Assembly (NCBI GenBank): GCA_017465565.1
Contig: JAFTWA010000046.1
Location: forward strand, 1,897 to 65,896
Source of the DNA: Tyzzerella sp.
Lineage (GTDB): Bacteria; Bacillota; Clostridia; Lachnospirales; Lachnospiraceae
Length of the DNA: 64,000 nucleotides
Reading direction: 5' to 3'
The notes under the pieces were generated by a model. That model ran no database searches and had not been told where the DNA came from. It saw nothing but the letters and a program-made list of their open reading frames with translations. Numbering within the stretch: the first letter of the stretch is position 1; each line of letters begins with the position of its first letter. Position numbers and translations under genes: made by a program. Shown here piece by piece: positions 28,949 to 37,148 of this stretch.

Positions 28949-30940
28949 ATGAAGATTAATAGAGCAGCGTGTATTCCACTTATAACACACGACCCATTTT
29001 TCTCAATATGGTCCAGCGCAGATAAGCTCTATGATAAGGACACCACCCACTGGAGCGATATACGCCAGAAAATTCGTGGATATGTGGAAATCGATGGAGT
29101 TCCATATTGTTTTATGGGAAACCCTGAATATCATAGAATCATACCTCAAGTATCTGTGGATGTGACAGCGACTGCTACAGAATATATTTTTGAAAATGAG
29201 AAAATAACCTTCTCAGTACGATTTACATCGCCAATCATGCTCTCAGACCCTCTGCTGGTTTCCAGACCATGTACCTATGTGGACTTTGCGGTAGAGAGAA
29301 AAGTGGTATGTGATGTGGATGTTATTTTTGAAGCATCCAGAGATTTGGTATCACAGCAGGAATCAGAGCTTTTAGGTGGCTGTTATTATAGACCAGCAAA
29401 AAATGACATTCCAGATTTCCGCTATGCCATGATGGGAAGAGCCTGCCAGCATCCGCTGGGTGGCAGTGGCGACCAGGTGACGATTGACTGGGGGTATCTG
29501 TATCTTGCAAGTAAAAAGCAGGGCGCTCAGTTTGATTTTAATAAAGAAGATGGAAACCTTGTATGTCGTTTGTCTATGGGAACAAATGAGTCAGAGACAG
29601 GCCTTGTAATCGCTTATGACGATTTGATTTCTATTAACTATTTTGGTGATTGGAGAAAGGCGTACTGGACGACCGTTTATGCGACAATTTTAGATGCTAT
29701 TGGAGCTGCCATTGACGACCGTGTGGAAGTGATTGAAAAAACGAAGAGGTTCGATGAAGAGATTCAGGAGAGAGCAGAGGCTTTAGGCGGAAAGGATTAC
29801 GCGTACCTTTGTAATCTCAGCTATCGTCAGGCAGTGTCAGCCCATAAACTGGTTTTGGATGGGGAAGGAAATGTTCTTTTCTTGTCAAAGGAAAATGATT
29901 CCAATGGATGTATTGGAACGGTGGATGTAAGTTATCCTTCCGCACCATTGTTCTTCTTATATAGCACGGAATATGTAAAAGGAATGCTGAGACCAATTTT
30001 CAAATTTGCAGCCTGTGATGTGTGGGAGTATGATTTTGCACCACATGATGTGGGACGTTATCCGTTTGCATGGGGACAGACCTATAGTCTGGGAGAAGAA
30101 TATGTGAAATTTTATACGCAGCGAAAGGATGGAAGTGTATTCCCACCTTTCTATACATATCCAGCAGGAAGCGACGTATATACGATGCGCAAACAAATGC
30201 CTGTGGAAGAGTGCGGCAATATGCTGATTCTTATGGCAACCGTTTGTAAGATAGATGGCAATGCGGATTTTGCAAAGCCTCATATGGACGTGCTGGAGAA
30301 ATGGGTGAAGTATTTGCTCACATATGGAGCGGACCCAGGAGAGCAGCTTTGCACCGATGATTTTGCGGGACATCTTGCGCATAACGTAAACCTTGCGGCA
30401 AAGGCAATTATGGGAATTGAAGCATTTGCCATGCTGAAAGGTCAGATGGGTGATAAGTCAGCGGAAGAATTTTATCATAAGACAGCTCAGAAGATGGCTG
30501 CAGAGTGGGAAAAATGTGCCAGTGCAGGCGACCACTATATGCTTGCATTTGGACAGCCTGAAACATGGAGTATGAAATACAATCTGGTTTGGGATAAAGT
30601 ATTTGGCTCAGAACTGTTTTCAGAAGAGGTCTATGATACGGAGATTTCATGGTATGTTGAGAAAATAAATCCATTTGGAACACCGTTGGATTGCCGTAAG
30701 GAGATTTCAAAAACGGACTGGATTTTATGGTGTGCAGCCATGGCAGAAGATAGTGAGTTGGCTAGAAAGCTGTTAAAGCCAGTAGCGCATTATCTGGAGA
30801 ATACCAGCGACCGTGTTCCTTTTGGGGATTACTATGAAACAGTGGCTGGAACACATAAGAGATTCGTCGGAAGAAGTGTGCAGGGTGGTATTTATATGCC
30901 AATGCTGAGAGAGTTTGTTTCTAGTCTGGAAAAGGAATAG
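28949..30940 (+). CDS. GtaA/DUF4965-DUF5127-like protein, copy 2 (tandem paralog)
   Basis: Same motif series as 26935..28896 over the whole length. Confidence 0.85.
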   Translation: MKINRAACIPLITHDPFFSIWSSADKLYDKDTTHWSDIRQKIRGYVEIDGVPYCFMGNPEYHRIIPQVSVDVTATATEYIFENEKITFSVRFTSPIMLSDPLLVSRPCTYVDFAVERKVVCDVDVIFEASRDLVSQQESELLGGCYYRPAKNDIPDFRYAMMGRACQHPLGGSGDQVTIDWGYLYLASKKQGAQFDFNKEDGNLVCRLSMGTNESETGLVIAYDDLISINYFGDWRKAYWTTVYATILDAIGAAIDDRVEVIEKTKRFDEEIQERAEALGGKDYAYLCNLSYRQAVSAHKLVLDGEGNVLFLSKENDSNGCIGTVDVSYPSAPLFFLYSTEYVKGMLRPIFKFAACDVWEYDFAPHDVGRYPFAWGQTYSLGEEYVKFYTQRKDGSVFPPFYTYPAGSDVYTMRKQMPVEECGNMLILMATVCKIDGNADFAKPHMDVLEKWVKYLLTYGADPGEQLCTDDFAGHLAHNVNLAAKAIMGIEAFAMLKGQMGDKSAEEFYHKTAQKMAAEWEKCASAGDHYMLAFGQPETWSMKYNLVWDKVFGSELFSEEVYDTEISWYVEKINPFGTPLDCRKEISKTDWILWCAAMAEDSELARKLLKPVAHYLENTSDRVPFGDYYETVAGTHKRFVGRSVQGGIYMPMLREFVSSLEKE

Positions 30941-30959
30941 AGAATTTTATATGATTTGG

Positions 30960-31001
30960 AGACACTATTATTTGTAGAGACAAAATAATAGTGTCTTTTT
31001 T
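30960..31001 (+). terminator. Rho-independent terminator ending locus 1
   Basis: agacactattatttgt-agag-acaaaataatagtgtct followed by T-run. Confidence 0.85.
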
Positions 31002-31131
31002 GTAGGTCTGATATATTGAAATAAATATACTTTTTGGGAACTGTACTATTGAAATAATTATATTTCTCGAGTAGAACGCATAAAAGAGCAATAATCAGCA
31101 GAGTATATTGATAGCTATAGGGTGAAAAATT

Positions 31132-31227
31132 ATGTTTAAAAGAAAAGTATACGATTAGCTTTTGGAGTGGAAAATAGGTACATTAAAATTAAAGCCGATA
31201 TACATGTTTTTGTTAAAAGATTTGTAA
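31132..31227 (+). pseudogene. Collapsed relic resembling the two ends of an AAA_14/DUF4143-type ATPase gene
   Basis: Reads MFKRKVYD*LLEWK-IGTLKLKPIYMFLLKDL*; followed immediately by a terminator; family assignment from recalled N-/C-terminal patterns only. Confidence 0.5.
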
Positions 31228-31228
31228 T

Positions 31229-31256
31229 GCGGTCACCGTAAGGTGGCCGTTTTTTG
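31229..31256 (+). terminator. Rho-independent terminator
   Basis: gcggtcacc-gtaa-ggtggccgt followed by T-run. Confidence 0.8.
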
Positions 31257-31283
31257 TATGCTAAAATGCCTTAAAAATAAATA

Positions 31284-31830
31284 ATGTGTGTAAATTTATA
31301 TTTAGAAAAGTGTTTGCTTTGAGTTTCGAGGTGATTTGCTTCAAAGTAGAAGCAATTTGTGGAACTGAGACCTGCTTGACTCCCAGAAACGCCTAGATTC
31401 CTAAAAACATTCACATCTATCTGTTGTATTTAATTCTTGCTTAATGCGTTGATTCGCCTAGAAGTAGAATTTATCGAGCATCTAGACGCAAGGAATTAGC
31501 TTATTTACATTGGGCAAGTCCATCTTTGATGCCTAGATTGCTCCGCATCTTTACTTTTAGACGACTCCACATTCGTTTTTGGCGCCTAAATTACTCCACA
31601 GGCTCCACATCTAGGCGTTTCCATATTTTAAACAAGCTATTCTATGCGTCTAGATACTCTACAACCTCTACGCCTAGGCGTCTCAACAGAAATAAACAAG
31701 AAAAATACGACAGATAAATGTGAATATTCTGGGGAATCTAGGCGTTTTTACAAATCAAGAAATCCTCAGAACCCAGCAAATCGGCTCAAAACTCGAAACA
31801 AAGACTTCCCTAAATACAAATTTGCAACAT
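31284..31830. repeat. ~550-bp imperfect fold-back element containing six palindromic CGCCTAGA-N18/19-TCTAGGCG units
   Basis: Left arm ~31284-31537 is the reverse complement of ~31610-31830; units start at 31390, 31455, 31530, 31583, 31647, 31711. Confidence 0.85.
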
Positions 31831-31957
31831 CGCAGCCTCCTTTTATAAGCCTCATACATATTAACATTTTTTTCGGGAATCCTATAATAAAATTTCGGAA
31901 AAAAACGTTGAAAATTCCACCGAATTTTTTTTCCGACTTTTTAAATTTAGTGCAATG

Positions 31958-31995
31958 TTGATATGAAATATTGAGCAGGTATAATTAAATTATAC
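31958..31995 (+). promoter_or_regulatory. Promoter of AraC/ABC locus 2 with palindrome over the -10
   Basis: TTGATA(31958)-16-TATAAT(31980); GTATAAT-taa-ATTATAC perfect inverted repeat. Confidence 0.7.
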
Positions 31996-32020
31996 ATGTC
32001 GACGATAGGGGCGTGATGAG

Positions 32021-32899
32021 ATGTTAGAGACAGGTAAAGCTGTTTATGATTACGAAGAAGTAAAGTATTTTACAAGGCCAGTGGATATGCCGCCTTTCTG
32101 GATAGAAATGGCTGGGATTTCCCGCTGTGATGACAAGTACCATATTGTTCGTGAAGATTCAAAGGTCTGTGTATGTGAGTACATTATCAGTGGTTCTGGA
32201 ACCCTGCATATATGCGGAAAAACCTACCATCCTAAAGCGGGAGATATCTATATTCTTCCAGAGTTCGAAAGGCACGAATATTATGTGGACCCAAAAGACC
32301 CTTGGACGAAAATCTTTTTTAATGTGCGTGGCACAGGTGTCTCTTCCATGTTAAACGCCTTTGAAATGAAAAATAAATTCTTGTTTTCCAACTGTGAGGA
32401 ACTTTATCCAGTGTTTGAGAAGGTTTTTTCAAAGACGCAGGAGGATATATCTAAAGAACAAATCATGATAGAGTGCTGTGAACATTTTGTACATTTGCTG
32501 TTTTGTCTCTACAACAAAATTAAAACAATGGATGAAACCTTGGAGGAGGCTCAGAAGGTGAAACTCTTTATTGAAAATAATATTGAGCGGGAGCTTTCGG
32601 TGAAGGAAATTGCAGCTTCCATTTATCGGTCCAGAGATTATACAAATAGACTTTTTAAACGGTATTATGATGTGACGCCTTATGCGTATTACCTGGAACT
32701 GCGTGTGGAGAAGGCGAAGGCATTGTTACAGCATACAACTTTATCCATTCAACAAATTTCAGAGAAATTAGGATATAAGAGTGGGAAGTGTTTTTCGGAA
32801 CAATTCCAATATATGACAGGGATGACTGCCACTCATTATAGAAAAATAGAGCATGGAGCGAAAAGAGATAACACAAATAAGGAGGATTTAGAAAAATGA
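32021..32899 (+). CDS. AraC family transcriptional regulator (paralog of 9958..10803)
   Basis: Long identical stretches with 9958 copy (PPFWIEMAGIS, HPKAGDIYILPEFERHEYY, DPWTKIFFNVRGTGVS); AraC HTH. Confidence 0.93.
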   Translation: MLETGKAVYDYEEVKYFTRPVDMPPFWIEMAGISRCDDKYHIVREDSKVCVCEYIISGSGTLHICGKTYHPKAGDIYILPEFERHEYYVDPKDPWTKIFFNVRGTGVSSMLNAFEMKNKFLFSNCEELYPVFEKVFSKTQEDISKEQIMIECCEHFVHLLFCLYNKIKTMDETLEEAQKVKLFIENNIERELSVKEIAASIYRSRDYTNRLFKRYYDVTPYAYYLELRVEKAKALLQHTTLSIQQISEKLGYKSGKCFSEQFQYMTGMTATHYRKIEHGAKRDNTNKEDLEK

Positions 32900-33765
32900 A
32901 AAAGAGACAGATTGATTTATTGCCATATCTTTTGCTGGTTCCTACTTTTGCGGGAATTACCATCTTTAGTTTTTGGCCATTCCTTAAGACCGTTATATGT
33001 TCCTTCTCTGTAACGGATCCATTCGGAGATTGGCTCAGATGGGAGGGGACCTATTTTTGGAAGGAATTGTTCGTGGGAGAAGAGGGCTTGTTTGGAACGA
33101 TGATGAAAAACACCCTGCTTTTTGCTGTCATGAATTTTGTATTTACCTTTACAGCAGGTATGATTTTGGCCTTGCTTTGCGTTAAAAGAGGAAAATTCAG
33201 AAAATTATATCAGACAATCTATGCCATTCCAATTGCAATTTCTTCCGCTACAGCCAGTATCATGTGGCAGTTTATCTGTAAAGGCAATGGCGGCCTTTTG
33301 AATGTATGGACAGGAATTGATATGGACTGGCTGAAGGATGAAAGAACGGCATTAATTGTTCTTTCTGTTATTACCTCGTGGGCGCATGTAGGAACTGCAT
33401 TTTTATTGCTCCTTGCAGGCTTTCGAGGAGTGTCGGAGGATGTGCAGGAGGCGGCGATTGTGGATGGTGCCGGCGCTTTTACCAGAGCAGTGAAGATTAT
33501 GATTCCAATGGCATCGCCACAAATTTTTTATGTAGTATTTACAAATATTCTTACAGCGATTAAGACCTTTACGCAGATTCGGTTACTGACGGGCGGTGGA
33601 CCGATGGATGCTACAAGAACGCTTATGTATCAGATTTATTGTAAGGGAGCAGATGCGGGAGAATATGAGTACGCATGCTGCGCATCGGTGGTAATGTTCC
33701 TTCTCATCTTTGTGATTACGAGAGTGCAATTTGCCTTTGAAAAGAAAATGGTACATTACCAATAG
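32896..33765 (+). CDS. ABC transporter permease (UgpA/MalF-like)
   Basis: EAAIVDGAG..IPMASPQIF, TGGGP..T.TL.YQIY, QFAFEKKMVHYQ end typical of UgpA-like proteins. Confidence 0.9.
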   Translation: MKKRQIDLLPYLLLVPTFAGITIFSFWPFLKTVICSFSVTDPFGDWLRWEGTYFWKELFVGEEGLFGTMMKNTLLFAVMNFVFTFTAGMILALLCVKRGKFRKLYQTIYAIPIAISSATASIMWQFICKGNGGLLNVWTGIDMDWLKDERTALIVLSVITSWAHVGTAFLLLLAGFRGVSEDVQEAAIVDGAGAFTRAVKIMIPMASPQIFYVVFTNILTAIKTFTQIRLLTGGGPMDATRTLMYQIYCKGADAGEYEYACCASVVMFLLIFVITRVQFAFEKKMVHYQ

Positions 33766-33783
33766 TGGAAGGAGTGACTGAGC

Positions 33784-34599
33784 ATGAAAAAGAAAACAAA
33801 AATAGCAGCATCTGAGCTTATAAAAATAGCACTGGCCTTTATCATGATTTTTCCAGTGATAATTGCCGTTGTCGTATCCTTCCAGACCATGGATGAAATT
33901 TATCGCCTGCCATATCAGCTTACATTGGAAAATCCATCCTGGGATAATTACATATATGCTTTTGAAAATATGAATCTGTTTGTTTATTTGAAAAACACCC
34001 TGGTGCAGATATTGATGCGTGTACCGTGTCAGATTATTACAAGCCTTTTGGCAGCCTATGCATTTTCTTATTTTGAGTTTCCATTCAAAAATACATTATT
34101 TGCCATTATGATAGCTGCCATGATGATTCCGGGAGAAGCTGTAACCATAACCGTATTTAAAATGGTTGTAAAGTGGCAGCTGGTGGACACCTATTGGGGA
34201 TTGTCGATTACAGGTTTAGTTAGTGTAGGTGCAGCATTTATGTTCCGCCAGGCGATGCTTTCTGTACCTCGTTCTCTTTGGGAGGCGGCAAGAATGGACG
34301 GTTGTGGCAGAATGCAGTACTTTGCAAGAATTCTGGTTCCAGTATGTAAATCAATTATTGTATCGCAGACGATTTTGTCACTGATTGGAACCTACAATGA
34401 CTATATGTGGCCACTCCTTGTAACAACAAGAGATGCCATGAGAACGGTGCAGACAGGTATTGTGTACCTGACTGGAGTTGCCAATACGGGTTATACCATG
34501 GCAGCAGTGTTGATAGTCCTTATGTTGCCACTCCTTCTGTTTGTGTTTGGCTTGGACTATATTATGGAGGGCGTTACAGCAGGAGCTGTGAAGAGTTAG
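33784..34599 (+). CDS. ABC transporter permease (UgpE/MalG-like)
   Basis: AAYAFS, MMIPGE, FMFRQ..LWEAARMDG, YMWPLLVT..MRTVQ, GVTAGAVK. Confidence 0.92.
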   Translation: MKKKTKIAASELIKIALAFIMIFPVIIAVVVSFQTMDEIYRLPYQLTLENPSWDNYIYAFENMNLFVYLKNTLVQILMRVPCQIITSLLAAYAFSYFEFPFKNTLFAIMIAAMMIPGEAVTITVFKMVVKWQLVDTYWGLSITGLVSVGAAFMFRQAMLSVPRSLWEAARMDGCGRMQYFARILVPVCKSIIVSQTILSLIGTYNDYMWPLLVTTRDAMRTVQTGIVYLTGVANTGYTMAAVLIVLMLPLLLFVFGLDYIMEGVTAGAVKS

Positions 34600-34635
34600 A
34601 TATAAAAATCAATAATTTAAAGGAGGAAAATGATT

Positions 34636-36000
34636 ATGAAACAAAAATTACTTGCACTTATTTTGGTGCTGACTATGGTGTGTTCTCTGCTTGCGGGCTG
34701 CGGAGGCGGAAGCGGCGACGGAGAAGGCGGAAAGGATAGCACTGGTTCCAAAGGAAAAACAGACTTGGTGTTATGGTCTGTTTACAATGACGATGGTGTA
34801 GAAACATTGTATGAGCTTGTGGACAAATTCAATGAGACAAATGGTACCTACAAGGTAACGGTGGAATATGCAGGAACCCAGTCTCAGGTAAGACAGAAAT
34901 TAGCAACATATGATAAGAAATATTATCCATCCCTGTTCATGTGCGAACCAGCCTCTATCTATGACTATGAGTACGGCGGATATGTAAAATCATTACAGGA
35001 TTTCATAGATGCAGACAGTGATAAATGGGCAGATGATATTTTCCCGGCAGCAAAAATTGCTTATTCTGACAAAGAAGGAAAAATGCTTGGTGGTATCATG
35101 GGAGTAAGTGCCAAAGGTTGGTTTGTGAATCTGGACATCTTGGAGGCAGCAGGTTATACCATGGAAGACCTTACAAGCTTTGAAAAAGTAGCGGAAGCGG
35201 CTCAGGCGGCACACAGCAAGGGGCTGACAAAATATGGATACACACCATATGAATCCTTTGAGATTCAAAATATGCTCTGCTACCAGGGTGTAGACATTTT
35301 AGACAATGATAATGGATTCGCAGGAACTCCTACGAAATGTCTGCTTGGTGAAGGTGATACATTTACCTATATGCAGAAGCTGGCAGATATTTATGCAGAG
35401 ATGGTTGAGAGCAAATGCCTTTACTATGGTGGCGGCGGTGTGTCAGGTGCATCTATGTTTATCAATGAACAGTTACTGTTCTGGGGTGGCACGAACTCTT
35501 ACGCATACAATATCAAAGATGTAAATCTTTCTTTTGACTGGGCATTCCTGCCACTTATGGGTATCGATGATAATGCGCAGTACAAAGATTGTGCGATGGC
35601 GGAAGGTACAGGACTTTTCATCACAAATACAGGTGATGAGACAGAGATGCAGGGAGCTTATGAGTTGATTAAATTCTTAGCAGAGACAGAAAATCAGTTA
35701 GAATGGTGTACCTACAGAGGTTACGTTCCATACACCAATGAAGCGGTAAATCATGAGACATGGACAAACTTTAGTGCAGAAAAGTTCCCTTCTGCAGCAA
35801 GTATTTTAGAGAAAATCCAAAATACACCAGCGGAGCTTAGACTTCCATATTCTCCGGTTGCTTCTTCTATGAACAGTGCATGTTCAAGACTTAGCAGTAT
35901 GATAAATTCAGATCCAAAGGGAGATTTGGACAGTTACATTAAAGAAGTAACAGAAAATGTAAATAAGAGCCTTAAGTTATTAGAAATGAGACAAGAATAA
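34636..36000 (+). CDS. ABC transporter solute-binding lipoprotein (UgpB-like)
   Basis: Lipobox LAGC, LVDKFNET, GAYELIKFL..ENQ.EW...GYVP; ATG 34636 spaced 9 nt from AGGAGG. Confidence 0.85.
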   Translation: MKQKLLALILVLTMVCSLLAGCGGGSGDGEGGKDSTGSKGKTDLVLWSVYNDDGVETLYELVDKFNETNGTYKVTVEYAGTQSQVRQKLATYDKKYYPSLFMCEPASIYDYEYGGYVKSLQDFIDADSDKWADDIFPAAKIAYSDKEGKMLGGIMGVSAKGWFVNLDILEAAGYTMEDLTSFEKVAEAAQAAHSKGLTKYGYTPYESFEIQNMLCYQGVDILDNDNGFAGTPTKCLLGEGDTFTYMQKLADIYAEMVESKCLYYGGGGVSGASMFINEQLLFWGGTNSYAYNIKDVNLSFDWAFLPLMGIDDNAQYKDCAMAEGTGLFITNTGDETEMQGAYELIKFLAETENQLEWCTYRGYVPYTNEAVNHETWTNFSAEKFPSAASILEKIQNTPAELRLPYSPVASSMNSACSRLSSMINSDPKGDLDSYIKEVTENVNKSLKLLEMRQE

Positions 36001-36017
36001 TTGTCGGAAAGGAGCTT

Positions 36018-37127
36018 ATGATGAAAAAAGCGACAGTATTTCGAAGAATTTGTTATTTGATCACGGTGCTTATGCTGATGGTAACCGGATGTGGTGCTAA
36101 CAAGGAAACAGATTCAGAGGAAGCTTCAAACGAGGAAACGGTATCGGATGAGGCAGAGTTATCGGGAGAAGAAGAACTTTACGAACTCGAATACACAGAT
36201 ATCGTGTTAGACAGAACAAAAACGGAAGGGAAATTGGCAGTATATTTCTTCCGTGGGAACGATCTTTGGAAGACATGGCGTGGTGGCGAGCATGACGGAG
36301 ACAGCGTCCTTGTAATTACGCCAGACGGGACAACCTTATTATACGACTGCAATACACCAAACCATGGGGCAAATATTGTTCACGCATTGCAGAGACTTGG
36401 CATTGACAAGATTGACTATTTTGTGAATTCTCATCCTCATATTGACCATTTGGGTGGATTCCCTGTATTGGCAAAACATATTGAAATTGGTCATGTATAT
36501 ACTTCGGCGGAAGATTTGACTTACGTAACTGGAAATAACGGAAGATATTACAGAAAAATGATTGCTATGATGGAAGAACTAGGCATTCCCCATTCTTTCC
36601 TGCAAGAAGGCGATTCTTTTATGTTAGGTGAGGATGTGAAGGCGACTGTATACAATCCACCATCACCGGAGGAATTTAATTACAATTCGGTAAATGAAAA
36701 CGAGATTTCTATTCTTTTAAAATTGACTTATGGAGAGTCTAGCTACATTATGGGCGGCGATATTGGCAATCCGGATAATAATAAGACGGAGGAGAAGCTC
36801 ATTGCAAAATATGGTTCAGAGCTTCATGCTGACGTGGCGAAGGTGAATCACCACATGATGCCAGGAGGTGACAACCCATCTACAGACGGCTGGCTTCAAA
36901 CCATCGATGCAAAGCTTTGGGTAGGACAGATGTCAACTCTTCCAGATGATTTTGAATATTTTAGATTTAGACAATTAGATGCAACAATCTTACATACTTC
37001 ACTGGATGGAGCTATTGTAGTAAGTACTACAGGAGATGGTACCTATGACGTTCAGATGGAAAGAGAACATCCGAGTGAGATGTATGGATCCTTAGATGCA
37101 GTGAATGGTTACATGAAAGTGGAATAG
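36018..37127 (+). CDS. Metallo-beta-lactamase-fold hydrolase lipoprotein (ComEC/Pce-like phosphoesterase)
   Basis: Lipobox VTGC; GDSVL..LYD, SHPHIDHLGG (HxHxDH), NE.SI, GGD, KVNHH. Confidence 0.85.
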   Translation: MMKKATVFRRICYLITVLMLMVTGCGANKETDSEEASNEETVSDEAELSGEEELYELEYTDIVLDRTKTEGKLAVYFFRGNDLWKTWRGGEHDGDSVLVITPDGTTLLYDCNTPNHGANIVHALQRLGIDKIDYFVNSHPHIDHLGGFPVLAKHIEIGHVYTSAEDLTYVTGNNGRYYRKMIAMMEELGIPHSFLQEGDSFMLGEDVKATVYNPPSPEEFNYNSVNENEISILLKLTYGESSYIMGGDIGNPDNNKTEEKLIAKYGSELHADVAKVNHHMMPGGDNPSTDGWLQTIDAKLWVGQMSTLPDDFEYFRFRQLDATILHTSLDGAIVVSTTGDGTYDVQMEREHPSEMYGSLDAVNGYMKVE

Positions 37128-37148
37128 GAGAGTAGGAAAGGAGTTATT

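Noticed and set aside
31390-31744. CRISPR array interpretation of the palindromic units
   Set aside because: Only 8-bp arms are conserved, orientations are mixed, the period is irregular (53-75 bp), spacers are related to each other, and no cas genes are present.
31390-31744. Integron attC array interpretation
   Set aside because: Arms are GCCTAGA/TCTAGGC rather than RYYYAAC/GTTRRRY, there are no cassette ORFs between units and no integrase.
31526-31961. ORFs 31526..31717 and 31644..31961
   Set aside because: No RBS, atypical composition, and they run through the fold-back element and the conserved AraC promoter region.
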